Below are positions 1 to 11,344 of a stretch of DNA of 64,000 bases, in pieces. Below the pieces are notes generated by a model. The model had not been told where the DNA came from and made no database searches. It saw only the letters and a program-made list of their open reading frames with translations. Positions within the stretch are counted from its first letter, which is position 1. The number at the start of each line of letters is the position of its first letter. The translations under genes and the position numbers were made by a program. This DNA is from an uncultured Planctomycetota bacterium (GTDB lineage Bacteria > Planctomycetota > Planctomycetia > Isosphaerales > Isosphaeraceae). The stretch covers positions 256,001 to 320,000 of the forward strand of contig CAWJTV010000025.1 of assembly GCA_963845755.1 (NCBI GenBank), in the 5' to 3' direction.

Positions 1-3000
1 CGGCCGTTGGTCGCTCAGATCAACGAACTCGAGCCGAGCATGACCGCTCTCTCGGAAGAGGAGCTCCGTGCCAGGACCGACGAGCTGCGCCGGCGTCGCG
101 CGGCAGGGGAGTCGCTCGATGACCTGCTACCGGAGGCGTTCGCGGCGTGTCGCGAGTCGGGGCGGCGTTATCTGAACATGCGCCATTTCGACGTGCAGTT
201 GATGGGCGGCATGGTGCTGCACGGCGGCAGTATCGCCGAGATGGTCACCGGCGAAGGGAAGACGCTGGTCGCGACCCTGGCCGCGTATCTCAACGCGCTG
301 GAGGGCCGGGGCGTGCACGTGGTGACCGTCAACGACTACCTGGCGCGTCGCGACGCGGAATGGATGAGCCCGCTGTTCCACGGGCTGGGCATGACCGTCG
401 GGGCCATCCAATCGGAGATGGACCCCGAGGAGCGGCAGGCGATCTACGCCTGCGACATCACCTACGGTACCAACAATGAGTTCGGCTTCGACTATCTCCG
501 CGACAACATGAAGCCGATCAAGGAGATGCAGTGCCAGAAAGAGCTGTTCTACGCCATCATTGACGAGGTCGACAGCATCTTGATCGATGAGGCGCGGACG
601 CCGCTGATCATCTCGGGCCCCGCCTTCGACGACGTACGCAAGTACGCCGAGGCCGATCGGATCGCCCGCGCGCTGAAGCGTGACCTCCACTTCGAGGTCA
701 AGGAGAAGGAGCGGACCTGCCACCTGACCGACGACGGCGTCCGCGAGGCGGAGCAAATCGCCGGGCTCGAGAGCTTCTACACGCCCGGCAACATGGAGTG
801 GCCGCACCTCATCGACAACTCATTGAAGGCGCACCATCTCTACAAGCGCGACCGCGACTACGTGGTCCAGCCCAACGGCGAGGTGGTGATCGTCGACGAG
901 TTCACCGGCCGCCTGATGATCGGCCGCCAGTGGTCCGACGGCCTTCACCAGGCCGTGGAGGCCAAGGAGCGGGTGAAGATCAAGGAGGAGAACCAGACGC
1001 TGGCCACCATCACCCTCCAGAACTTCTTCAAGCTCTACAAGAAGCTGGGGGGGATGACCGGCACGGCGATGACCGAGGCGACCGAGTTCTACAAGGTCTA
1101 CACCCTGGACGTGGTCGCCATCCCCACCAACTGCGCCGCTGGTGCGCGTGAACTACCCCGACGTGATCTTCCGGTACGAGCGGGAGAAGTCGCAGGCGAT
1201 CCTGGACGAGATCAAGGAGGTCAACGCGAGCGGGCGTCCGGTCCTGGTCGGGACGACCTCGATCGAGAAGTCCGAGGAGCTCGCGGACATGCTCAAGATG
1301 TACGGCATCGAGCATCAGGTCCTCAATGCCAAGTATCACGAGCGCGAGGCGGAGATCGTGGCCCAGGCCGGCCGTCGCCGGGCCGTCACGATCGCGACCA
1401 ACATGGCCGGCCGCGGCACCGACATCATCCTCGGGGGCAATCCCGAGTTCATGGCCTGGGCCGACCTGAAGCGGGAGTTCGACGAGGATGGCCGGCCGCG
1501 GTACCAGACCCGGCTCGACGTTTCCAAGGAGGTCTGGGACGGGGCGGTCGGCCGCTACGAGCCCGAGATGAAGGCCGAGGGCCGCGAGGTCGCCGCCGTG
1601 GGCGGCCTGCATATCATCGGCACCGAGCGGCATGAGAGCCGCCGGATCGATAATCAGCTTCGCGGACGGGCCGGACGCCAGGGCGATCCCGGGTCCTCGC
1701 GGTTCTTCCTCTCGCTCGAAGACGACCTCATGCGCAAGTTCGCCGGGGAATGGGTCGCCAACGTGCTGACCCGGCTCGGCATGCAAGAGGGCGAGGCGAT
1801 CGAGAGCCTGATGGTCAGCCGACGGATCGAGGGGGCCCAGAAGAAGGTCGAAGAGCGGAACTTCGACATGCGCAAGAACCTGCTCGAATATGACGAGGTC
1901 ATGGACGAACAGCGCAAGCGCGTCTATTCGTTCCGACAGGGCCTGCTCGAGGGGGCCTCGCCCAAGGAGATGGTCCTGGACATGATCGACGGCCAGATCC
2001 AGGACGCGGCCGGCCGGTTCCTCGCCGAAGATTACGGGGCCGCGACCTTTGCCGAGTGGGCCGGCCAACGCATGGGCGCCGAGATCACCGCCCGCGACTT
2101 GAAAGGTACGACCTTCGAGGATGCCGAGGAGATCGTTCGGGCCAAGGGGGAGCGACAGCTCAACGAGGTGATTCGCCAGGCCATGGAGGAGAATCTCCCC
2201 ACCGACGCCGACCCCTCGGAATGGACCTGGCAGGTGCTGGCCCGCTGGGCCAACGAGCGGTTCGATCTCAATCTCAAGGAGCGGGACCTCAAGAAATACG
2301 GCCAGACCGACGCGGACTCCTTCCGATCCGGCCGGGACGACCTGGAAGAACTGCTGAACGAGAAGGCCGCGGAGTCGCTCCAGAAAATCGACCTCGCGCC
2401 GGCTCGCGAATTCCTGATGCCCGACTGGGGCCGCCGGTCGCTCAGTGGCTGGGTTCATCACAAGTTCGCCATGGCGATCGACCCGGCCGCCTGGGCTGGG
2501 ATCGACCGCGCCGAGATCATCCGCCGCATCCAGGGCGAGGCCCGGCGGCTCTATGCCTTGAAAGAGTCCGAGCTCCCCGTCCGGATCGCCCTGATGCGCT
2601 ACCTCTCCGACCGGGACCACCTCCAGACGCCACGTTACGACCGTGACGGCCTGTCCGATTGGTTCTCCCACCGCTACCCCGTCGTCCTTCCCGCCGACGA
2701 GCTCCGCCCGTTGCTTCGTTCCGAGATCGAGGCCCACCTCATCGGCCTGGCCCATCAGCACTACCAGGGCGCCCGCGTCGCCGATGAGCTCGAGTCCCGA
2801 CTCGCCGCGGCTGGACTGTCCAGGCCACACGACGACAAGGACGTCCCGCCCCCCGATCCCGCGGCCCTGACCGACCTCGGGGACTGGGCCCGGCAGTCGC
2901 TCAACGTCGACCTCCCCGCCGAGGAATGGACCTCGCTCGCCCCCGCCGAGATCCGCGCGCGGCTCCACGCCGCACTCGACGCCAAGTTCCGCCCCGAGAT

Positions 3001-3505
3001 GCGCGAGATGGAGAAGGCGGTCCTGCTCCAGATCCTCGACTCGAGCTGGATGGAACACCTCCGCGCCATGGACCATCTCCGGAGCTCGATCGGCCTCCAG
3101 GGCTATGCCCAGATCGATCCCAAGGTCGAGTACAAGCGCGAAGGCATGCGGATCTTCGCCGAGATGTGGAACGGGATCGGCGACCGGGTCACCGATCTGA
3201 TCTTCCGTGTCGAGCAATTCGACCCCGATTTCCTGGACTACCTGGGATCGCGCTACAACAAACTCGACCGGGCCCAGACGATTCATCAGGAGGCGGAATC
3301 GCAACTGGCGGCGGCGCCCTCGGGGAGCGTCCGTCAGCAGCAAGACGCCGCCATCGCCGGCAGTCAACAGTTGACGGAAAAGAAGAAAGAGCCGGTCCGC
3401 AAGGTTGGAAAAAAGGTCGGCCGGAACGACCCGTGTCCCTGTGGGTCCGGTAAAAAATTCAAAGCGTGCTGCATGCGGAAGCACGCCGATGCCGACCCGT
3501 TCTGA
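1..3505 (+). CDS. secA: Preprotein translocase ATPase SecA (5'-truncated by window; one frameshift at ~1132)
   Basis: ORFs 7..1635 and 1142..3505 join at ...VAIPTN/[10 protein letters not shown]. Motifs: MVTGEGKT (Walker A), [59 protein letters not shown]-terminal [22 protein letters not shown]. Confidence 0.98.
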
Positions 3506-3750
3506 CCGGGTGCGCTCCGGACCGCGCGGTTCGTCGGGATCCTCGGCTCGTGGTATCGACGGCGCCCGGCGGGCCCGGGGGCGAGCCGACGACTCCGGGT
3601 GAACGTCATCTCTCGGCCCGCGTTCGACTTGGGGCGGGCGGCCGATGCCGCCCCCGGCCGGATCCCCGAGGATCCCCGACGGGCCAGTCCGCGTCCTCAT
3701 CTGCCGCGCGAGGGCGGCAGCGTCGCCGGCCTCAGTACCGGCACGCCAAT

Positions 3751-3759
3751 TGCTAGAAT
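3751..3759 (+). promoter_or_regulatory. Putative extended -10 promoter for waaA
   Basis: TGcTAGAAT (TGn + -10-like hexamer) ~57 nt upstream of the ATG at 3816. Motif match only. Confidence 0.3.
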
Positions 3760-3815
3760 CGGGACGATCCCTCCAGCGACAACAGGCGCACAATTCCGGG
3801 AAAGGATTCCCCGAG

Positions 3816-5273
3816 ATGCCGTGGGTTTTGAATGCGATCTATGCCGCGGTCCTGCTCTTCATGGCCCCCATGCTTGTCTATCGAAGGTTGCGGCGTGGGA
3901 AGTATCGCGACGGTTGGGATGAGAAATTGTGGGGCCAGGCCCCGTGGCGGATCGGCGACGATCCTTGCCTCTGGTTCCACGCGGTGAGCGTGGGCGAGGT
4001 CAAGCTGCTGCAACCGCTGGTCGGCGAATTGTCGCGGCGGCGGCCGCACTGGCAGATCGTGATCTCCACCACCACCGCCACGGGACTGGCGATGGCCCGG
4101 CAGACCTTTCCCGACCTCGTGACGTTCTATGCCCCCCTGGACTTCAGTTGGTCCACGCGCGCGGCCATGGAGCGGGTCCGACCCTCGGTCTTCGCGCTGG
4201 TGGAGCTGGAGCTCTGGCCCAACCTGATCCGAGCGGCGAAGGGGACCGGCGCACGGGTGGCGATCATCAACGCCCGGCTGAGCGCACGGAGTCATCGAGG
4301 CTACCGCCTGCTGCGCCTGCCGCTCCGATCGACCTTGCGCCGGCTCGATGCCGTGGCCGCACAGAATGCCGAGTACGCGATGCGATTCGTCGACCTGGGT
4401 ATCCCGGCGAATCGCGTCAGCGTGACAGGCTCGGTGAAGTTTGACGGCCTCGAGGGCGACCGAAACAATGCGAGGACCCGCGACTTGCGGAGGCTGCTGG
4501 GCCTGTCCTCCACCGAGCTGATCTTTGTGGCCGGCAGCACGATGGAAGGGGAAGAAGCGGCGGCCCTGGCGGCGTATCACGCCGCGCGGCGCCGGCATCC
4601 GGGGTTGCGTTTGATCGTGGCTCCCCGTCATCCCGAACGGTTCGAGGAGGTGGCGCGACGGCTGGAACAGCAGGGTGATCCGGTGCTTCGGCGCAGCCGG
4701 CTCGAGGGTCCCGCGGAACGAAGGGCCGATGGCCGGCCTGCCGTCATCCTGATCGATACTCTGGGCGAACTGGCCGCGGTGTGGGGACTGGCGGATGTGG
4801 CCTTCGTGGGCGGGAGCCTCCGGCCCGGGCGCAACGGCCAGAACATGATGGAGCCGGCCGCCTACGGGGCCGCGGTCATGTTTGGCCGCTATACGTCCAA
4901 CTTCCGCGAAACGGTCGAAGAACTGCTCCGACGCCGGGCGGCGCGGCAAGTCGCCGACGCCGAAGAGTTGACCCGCGTGCTCCTCGAGGACCTCGACGAC
5001 CGCGAGGCCGCCGCGGCACGCGGCGCCGCCGCTCGCCAATTCGTCCTGACCAAGAACGGCGCCGTGGGCCGAACCCTGGCCGAGCTCGACCGGCTCGTCG
5101 AATCGTCGCCCGACGTTCGCCGCTTGACCACTGCCTTGCCTTTTCCCCGGCAACTCGCTGAAATAGGATCTTCCCGGCTCTCGGGCCAGGAGCGGCTTGA
5201 AACGATTGAAACGATCCAAACTCCCGTGCTACCGAGTGCCGCACCGTTATCGAAATCGGGGAAAATGAGATGA
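3816..5273 (+). CDS. waaA: 3-deoxy-D-manno-octulosonic acid (Kdo) transferase
   Basis: N-terminal TM (MPWVLNAIYAAVLLF...), then WFHAVSVGEV, YAPLD, ELELWPNL, NARLS, TGSVKFD, APRHPERF, DTLGEL, AFVGGSL, GQNMMEPAA. Start placed at ATG 3816 rather than the track's 3645. Confidence 0.95.
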   Translation: MPWVLNAIYAAVLLFMAPMLVYRRLRRGKYRDGWDEKLWGQAPWRIGDDPCLWFHAVSVGEVKLLQPLVGELSRRRPHWQIVISTTTATGLAMARQTFPDLVTFYAPLDFSWSTRAAMERVRPSVFALVELELWPNLIRAAKGTGARVAIINARLSARSHRGYRLLRLPLRSTLRRLDAVAAQNAEYAMRFVDLGIPANRVSVTGSVKFDGLEGDRNNARTRDLRRLLGLSSTELIFVAGSTMEGEEAAALAAYHAARRRHPGLRLIVAPRHPERFEEVARRLEQQGDPVLRRSRLEGPAERRADGRPAVILIDTLGELAAVWGLADVAFVGGSLRPGRNGQNMMEPAAYGAAVMFGRYTSNFRETVEELLRRRAARQVADAEELTRVLLEDLDDREAAAARGAAARQFVLTKNGAVGRTLAELDRLVESSPDVRRLTTALPFPRQLAEIGSSRLSGQERLETIETIQTPVLPSAAPLSKSGKMR

Positions 5274-5656
5274 ACGAGAGAGAAGAAGGACAACCTACCT
5301 TGAACCCCCAGCAGAGTCCGCAAGCTCCGGCCACCGAAGTCGTCGTCAACGATTCCAACACGCTACCGTCCTATTCCAATTTCTGCCGGGTCACGGCAAC
5401 TCCCGAGGAAGTCATCCTCGACTTCGGCCTTAATCCTCAACCCTTCGCAACAGGCCGCCAGGACGTCAAAGCCAATCAGCGGATCGTCATGAACTTCTAC
5501 ACGGCCAAGCGCCTACTGACGGCCCTGAGCATGACCATCCAGCGCCATGAAGGGACCTTCGGTGCCATCGAGCTCGACGTCCGACGGCGCGCCACCGGGG
5601 CTGCCCAGACTTACCCGCAGCCCGGCCGGGTCGGTCCGCAGGGGATCGTCGAATAA
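5270..5656 (+). CDS. DUF3467-family protein
   Basis: YSNFCRVTATPEEVILDFG...QRIVMNFYTAKRLLTAL...HEGTFGAI matches the family pattern. ATGA overlap with the waaA stop. Confidence 0.8.
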   Translation: MNEREEGQPTLNPQQSPQAPATEVVVNDSNTLPSYSNFCRVTATPEEVILDFGLNPQPFATGRQDVKANQRIVMNFYTAKRLLTALSMTIQRHEGTFGAIELDVRRRATGAAQTYPQPGRVGPQGIVE

Positions 5657-6298
5657 GGAAGGACGGCCATTTTCGACGGGTCTCGAGCCAAACGGCGTCG
5701 TAGGCCACCCCAAGAATCGGTGCAAGCGTCTCGGGCCCGACGTCCATCCGCTCGTCGAGTCCGACCGCCTGCAGCCGAATCCAATTCCTCCTCTCACCAC
5801 TCCTGCCCCCGAGTCTCCCGCCGCACCCTTCCTGCCTCATCCCTCGTTCTGCTCAGGGTCGCCGCCGGCTTGCCCATCCCGGAACCGGGCGCCCGTGAAA
5901 TCGCCGTAAGTTTGGAGCAATCAAGGACTTGATTTGCTCGTTCCCGCGTGCGGTGCGTGGGCGAGGATCTCGCAAGTCGCGTCCTCGCTCGAAGTTAACG
6001 CGTTTTCCATGGTTCGTGAGGAGGAACCTGGGAAGGGACTTCGGCCTGCGGAAGGGCGGCAAATGACCGTGTTGACGATTTTCCGGACTTGAATGCGCCT
6101 TTGGCTGATCGTCGGTGCGGGTTTTATCCGATTTTCAGGGTGTGACGTACTGCTCCGCGCACGCGGATCTCGTCGATAGGAGCGGTCCCGTCGAGGGTTT
6201 CGACTCATCTTGGTGCGCCGGTGGCGCCGATATTGTGAATAGCCGGGCATCTCGGCCTCGGTCCAGGACGGACGAGTCTAGCGTTAGGAGATAATGGA

Positions 6299-9200
6299 AT
6301 GTCTCAGCCATCCCGAACCCGGGCGCGCGGCCCAGCAGAGCGTCGTCGTCGTGATCTGAAGATCGAGCCGCCGACCCCCTTGGAGGACCGTCGCCTGCCT
6401 GCGCCGGTCGTCTCCTTGTTTCCCCTGGGGGTGTCGTTCGTACCCGCACCGACACCGACGAACGCGGACCTGGGCACCGTGGTGGTGACGGAGAACACCG
6501 CGGCGACGATCGCCGACTCGCAAGCACCGATCACGTCGGTGTCTGAGCTGACATCGAACGCTTCGTTCGGTAACGACATCGTCAACATCCAGCCGGGCCC
6601 GGGGGGCGTCTTCGGGGAAGACGTCTACGCGATCTCCCGAGGCGCCGGCGGCAACCCCGACGCGATCAACCGTCCGGGCGTGATCTATCGCGTTGATCCG
6701 GCCACCGGCAAGGCGAGCGTCTTCTTCGATCTCAACACGGTCCTCAGCCAGATCGACCCGACCAATAGCACGCCCGCGACCCCGGCGGCCAACTCGCTGG
6801 GCAACTCGACGGGGCTGGTGAACTGGTACAGTATGAGCTTCGACCCCGAGGGGAACTTCGACGGCACTCCGTCCTTGTTCGTCAGCAGCGTCAACCGCTC
6901 CGATCCGAACAAGAACATCATCTTCCAGATCGCCCCCAACGGCACGCTGATCGGCGTCTTCGTCCAGATGACCGACGGGCTCTCGGCCCAGAAGTTCAAC
7001 CTGAACCCCACGGCGATCCTGATCCCGCCGGTGCAGCAGCAGCAGTTCCTCAGCGGGATGATCGCCGGTAGCGGGATCAGCACGACGTCGGGCACGTTCG
7101 CGGCGCTCTACTTCAACCAGAACAGCTACTCTCCGGGCCAGGTCATCAGCAATTCCGTCCTGCCGACGGGCGTAAGCCAGACCAACCTGGGCCTGCCGGT
7201 GATCACCCAGGTGCTCACGAATTTCAATTCGGTCACGACGACCTCGGTCGCCACCGGACCGATCGTCGGCCTGACCTCGTCGAACAGCTACTATGGCAAC
7301 CAGACATTCTCGATCTTCACGGACTTCGGGACGTCGGCGGCCCCCGGGATCCCGGCCGCGCCGGGCTATAGCGGCGTCCAGGGGAGCGACGGCGAGCTGT
7401 TGATCGGTAATGCCACGACCCTCGCACTCAGCGCGACCGGGGACACCGACATCCAGCCCGCCGCGTCAACGTTGTTCCGGCGATTCTACGGCATCGCTTT
7501 CGACCAGTACGGCTACTTCTCCCAGGGTATGGCGATCGGGGCCAGCAGCACCGTGGGCAGCGGTACGAGCACAACGTTGACCGTCACCGATCCCCCGAGT
7601 TATGCCGGCAGCGTGTTCGTCAGCGACCTGTCGTCCGGGCTGTATATCAGCATCACGCCCCAGGCTCCGTTGCCCACCACGTCCATCCTGATCCCCGTCG
7701 AGGGGACGGGAGTCGTGAGCGTCACCTCGGATTCGAATGGAAACGTGATCCCGATCATCAGCTATGTCCCGAACCCGGACGGGTCGGTTGGCTTCGGCGG
7801 CCGTGTCGTCCGGATCACGCCGGCGGGCCTGGTGAACGAGTTCGCCTATGGGTTCAACGTGTCGCCGGACACGGGGTCCGACAGTTTCATCGATTCCACC
7901 CTGAGCATCGGGTTCTCGGGGGATGGGACGATCTTCTACGCCGCCGACAATACCGGGATCTGGCAGTTCAAGACGACCGCCGACCTGGCCGACTCGACCA
8001 GCGGAAGTCTGATCGGCCTGAACGACCTCCGCGCCCTGGGCGTCCCGTACGACGGCGAGAACAGCGCCGTGGCGGTGGTGGACACCGGCGTGGACGCCAG
8101 TGCGCCCTCGTTCCGCGGCCGGGTTGCCACCGGCACAAATATCATCACGGGCGGTGTCGGCAACCAGGATCTGGCCCCCGCCAGCACCGCGAGTACGACG
8201 ACGGGGGGGACCGGCGGAGGCGGCGGCGGCGGGGGAGTCGGCGGTCGCGGCGGTGGCGGTGGGGGTGGAGGTGGCGGTGGGGGCGGCGGCGGTGGGGGTG
8301 CCGGCGGCGGCGGTGGTGCGGGCCTAGGCATCACTGCAGGCGCCAGTGCCACTCAACGCGGCGGTGTTTCCGCGGGCGATCCCACGTTCCTCAACCAAAC
8401 CCCGGCCGGACACGGCACGCCGGTCGCGGGTGTCATCGCCCAGTTCGTCCCTCAAGCCACGATCGACCCCATCGATATCTTCAGCCCATTCTCCCCGTCC
8501 GCGAGCTTGATATCCAGCTCGACCACGGCGGGCGGCACCGGCGGCACCGGCGGCGGTGGTGGCGGCACCGGGACCGGGGGCGCGCTGAGCGAAACGACCA
8601 ACGACGATGGGGCCACATCCCAGACGCTCTACAACGGGCTTCAGTACCTGGTCGCGCACCCGTACGTCAACGATCCGCTCCGAGCGGGGCAAGTGGATCG
8701 CATCATCGCGGCCGTATACGCCTTCGGAACTTCCAATACGTTCGCCACCGAGGCGGGTGCATACAAGCAGTTCCCGCAAGTCGTCATCGCCCTGAAGAAT
8801 GAGTACCATAAGCTGCGCAAGGAGGGAATCGCCAACATCGCGGCGACCGGTCAGTTCGGCGCACCCCTGGGGGCATCGACCTCGTCTTCGACCACCACCA
8901 CCGGGACGGGCAGCTCGGGCGTCAATCTCGAGGCGAACAACAACGCCCAGAACGGGAGTGTGGGCGACAACGGCGGCATCTCGCTTCCCGCCATCATCAA
9001 CGAGGTGGTCTCCGTCACCGGCGTGTACTCCTTCCCCTTCACGGACACGCCTGGGACCTCGCCCATCGATACGCCGACCGGGGTCATTACCACGGGCGGC
9101 GCCTCCGAACCGGGCCCCGTCCTCCTCTTCGGATCGGACGCGACGATCGGCGGGACCGCAACGATCGGGTCCAGCAGCAGTGGGACAACCGGCGGCACCA

Positions 9201-11083
9201 CAGCGACCGGATTCAACGAGAACGCCCAGTTGCTCGCGGGGGCGGATTTCGCGATCTGGGCCGACCGCGTCCCCGGTGCCGCCAATCGCAATCCGACGAC
9301 GGACTTCGCCGCGCCGGCATTCAACGTGCCGACGTTCGCACGGAACGTCCAGATCGTGACCTCGAGCACCACGACCACGGGTACGGGCACCAACGGCACC
9401 AGCCCCTCCGGGATCATCAACCCCCTGACATTCACCCAGGTTGGCACTTCGATGTCCTCGGCGATCGTCACGGGTTCCTACGCCCTGGTGTCCTCCGCCC
9501 TCGACTACTGGATCGCGCTGGCCCAGTCCAATGGCTACACGGCCGACGCCTATCTGAACACGCCGGTCGGGACGGACTCCTTGAACTTCGGCAAGCACGC
9601 CTTCAAGAACCTCACCGCCTGGAACACCCCCGACGGTATCAACGGCATCCTCGCCTGGACCTCCGTGCCGGCCACCGACGTCAACGACGGGAATACCGCC
9701 TCCACGCCGTCCCAACTGCCCGATAGCACCGCATTCCCGTCCTACGCACGGATCTCCGTGGGCAACGCCATCGCCTCGGTCGAAGGTTATGTCGCCATCA
9801 ACTACCTGGAGAAGCATCATGACTTCCCGCTCATCGACACCAACCACGATGGCCTGATCACGGCCCAGGAGCTCACGAACTTCGTCAATGACGCCAACGC
9901 CATGGGCCTGCCCGAGGCGGGTGCCATGGCGAACCTCCTCGGCGGAACGGCGACCTACGGACCGGTCGAGGCGGGCGTCAACAACGAGATCTTCAACGAG
10001 AATCCCGACCAGCCGGCCGCCGAGCAGCGCCGGTTCAATTACTTCGATTTCGCGGCCGACGGCCAGCTCAACGGCTCGATCTCGACCCGAGAGCTTAAGA
10101 TGCTGGGCCGCACCCTGTTGCCGTCCCCCGACGCCTACACCATCGTCGATCGGCAACGCGCCTCGGCCAACGGCTTCTTGCTGGCGCCGGATACACCGCG
10201 CAACCTCGTCGCCTTGCAGCATCTCGCGCCCAAATTCCTGTGGGTTCCCAAGTCGGCGGTCGCCAAGTACCGCAACATCTCGCCCGCCCAGTTCAAGGTC
10301 GGTGCCGGCGAGTACCCGGGTCTCTACCTCCCGTTATTGACCCTGTTCGATTCTCCGCCGAACGCTTCCTCGGGTGGGACCCCCTCGACCCAGGATCAAG
10401 TCATCTCGATGACCAGGTCCGCAGTCGTCTCGGGTAAGAAGGTCACAGTCGACTACTTCGCGACCGTGACGCCAACCAGTACTCCCACCAGCACGACCAC
10501 GACGACGACACCGACACCGACCAGCTCGACACCGACACCGACACCGACCAGCCCCACGTCCACAAGCGCGGCTTCGACGGGCGTCACCGGCACGACAACG
10601 CAGGCAACGCCGACCTCCACATCGACGCAGGCGACCCTGGCCGAGACGATACTCGGCATCAACGATAGCAGTTCGTCGAGTACGTCGGGCTCCTCGGGCG
10701 GGACCAACTCGATCACCTCCTCGACCTCCCTGAACCCGACAGGGCTCACGATCTCCCAGTTATCCGTGGGACCCCTCTCGACCGCGGGGACCCTCAGCCC
10801 ATCTCCGACACCGACGCCCACACCGACACCGACGCCCACACCGACGCCCACACCGACGCCCACACCGACGCCCACACCGACGCCGAGCAGCACGGTCGCT
10901 CAGGTGCCGCTCGCGTACTCCTCGACGATTGCCACGGCCACGGCTACGGCCGCGGCGCAGGCCCAGGTCCCCTCCCACGCCGAGAAGCGCGTGTTGGTAA
11001 GGAAGGCGGCGGTGAAACCGAAAAAGAAGGCTACGAACGTGTTCGACCAGATGTGGAATAGCATCAAGAAGTCGTTCTCGTGA
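6299..11083 (+). CDS. Large extracellular S8 (subtilase) family protein with poly-Gly inserts, EF-hand-like loops and Pro/Thr-rich tail
   Basis: AGGAG RBS upstream. N-terminal RRRR...LEDRRLPA planctomycete extracellular motif. Triad motifs AVVDTGVD, GHGTPVAGVIA, GTSMSSAIVTG. EF-hand-like DTNHDGLITAQEL. (PT)n linker. Confidence 0.85.
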   Translation: MSQPSRTRARGPAERRRRDLKIEPPTPLEDRRLPAPVVSLFPLGVSFVPAPTPTNADLGTVVVTENTAATIADSQAPITSVSELTSNASFGNDIVNIQPGPGGVFGEDVYAISRGAGGNPDAINRPGVIYRVDPATGKASVFFDLNTVLSQIDPTNSTPATPAANSLGNSTGLVNWYSMSFDPEGNFDGTPSLFVSSVNRSDPNKNIIFQIAPNGTLIGVFVQMTDGLSAQKFNLNPTAILIPPVQQQQFLSGMIAGSGISTTSGTFAALYFNQNSYSPGQVISNSVLPTGVSQTNLGLPVITQVLTNFNSVTTTSVATGPIVGLTSSNSYYGNQTFSIFTDFGTSAAPGIPAAPGYSGVQGSDGELLIGNATTLALSATGDTDIQPAASTLFRRFYGIAFDQYGYFSQGMAIGASSTVGSGTSTTLTVTDPPSYAGSVFVSDLSSGLYISITPQAPLPTTSILIPVEGTGVVSVTSDSNGNVIPIISYVPNPDGSVGFGGRVVRITPAGLVNEFAYGFNVSPDTGSDSFIDSTLSIGFSGDGTIFYAADNTGIWQFKTTADLADSTSGSLIGLNDLRALGVPYDGENSAVAVVDTGVDASAPSFRGRVATGTNIITGGVGNQDLAPASTASTTTGGTGGGGGGGGVGGRGGGGGGGGGGGGGGGGGAGGGGGAGLGITAGASATQRGGVSAGDPTFLNQTPAGHGTPVAGVIAQFVPQATIDPIDIFSPFSPSASLISSSTTAGGTGGTGGGGGGTGTGGALSETTNDDGATSQTLYNGLQYLVAHPYVNDPLRAGQVDRIIAAVYAFGTSNTFATEAGAYKQFPQVVIALKNEYHKLRKEGIANIAATGQFGAPLGASTSSSTTTTGTGSSGVNLEANNNAQNGSVGDNGGISLPAIINEVVSVTGVYSFPFTDTPGTSPIDTPTGVITTGGASEPGPVLLFGSDATIGGTATIGSSSSGTTGGTTATGFNENAQLLAGADFAIWADRVPGAANRNPTTDFAAPAFNVPTFARNVQIVTSSTTTTGTGTNGTSPSGIINPLTFTQVGTSMSSAIVTGSYALVSSALDYWIALAQSNGYTADAYLNTPVGTDSLNFGKHAFKNLTAWNTPDGINGILAWTSVPATDVNDGNTASTPSQLPDSTAFPSYARISVGNAIASVEGYVAINYLEKHHDFPLIDTNHDGLITAQELTNFVNDANAMGLPEAGAMANLLGGTATYGPVEAGVNNEIFNENPDQPAAEQRRFNYFDFAADGQLNGSISTRELKMLGRTLLPSPDAYTIVDRQRASANGFLLAPDTPRNLVALQHLAPKFLWVPKSAVAKYRNISPAQFKVGAGEYPGLYLPLLTLFDSPPNASSGGTPSTQDQVISMTRSAVVSGKKVTVDYFATVTPTSTPTSTTTTTTPTPTSSTPTPTPTSPTSTSAASTGVTGTTTQATPTSTSTQATLAETILGINDSSSSSTSGSSGGTNSITSSTSLNPTGLTISQLSVGPLSTAGTLSPSPTPTPTPTPTPTPTPTPTPTPTPTPTPSSTVAQVPLAYSSTIATATATAAAQAQVPSHAEKRVLVRKAAVKPKKKATNVFDQMWNSIKKSFS
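10806..10884 (+). repeat. Coding tandem repeat (CCGACGCCCACA-type) encoding ~13 Pro-Thr units
   Basis: Read directly: ccgacaccgacgcccaca x2, then ccgacgcccaca x3. Confidence 0.9.
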
Positions 11084-11344
11084 ACGAGGACAAGTTCTTC
11101 ACGACGCAGACCGTAACTCAAGCCGGCCGGCCCTGAACTCTCGGGGTCGGCCGGTTCGCTTTGCGCGATGGCGGAACCCGACCGTTCCGGCATCGTTCGG
11201 AGGCACCGGTCAGGGAGGTCGTGCGGGCAGCAGGGCGGGAATCACGGATGCTCTGGGCGTCCGCGTGGGCCGGCCAGAAGTCGGTGCCGTACCTCCGGGC
11301 CGTCGGGATCCTCTGGAAGGTGAGTTGTCCGGGCCGTATGTTGT

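Noticed and set aside
1128..1142. Programmed frameshifting or pseudogenisation of secA and other genes
   Set aside because: No slippery sites, no accumulated in-frame stops, and essential genes are affected. Sequencing error is more parsimonious.
1028..3793. 921-aa minus-strand ORF and similar long antisense ORFs (8324..10222, 27281..28936, 31324..33081, 33774..35765, 62151..63935)
   Set aside because: Shadow ORFs opposite well-supported genes. Expected at high GC and without recognisable motifs.
5657..6298. Possible riboswitch in the long leader of the subtilase gene
   Set aside because: Some hairpins are present (e.g. gggcgagga...tcctcgctc), but I see no recognisable aptamer consensus.
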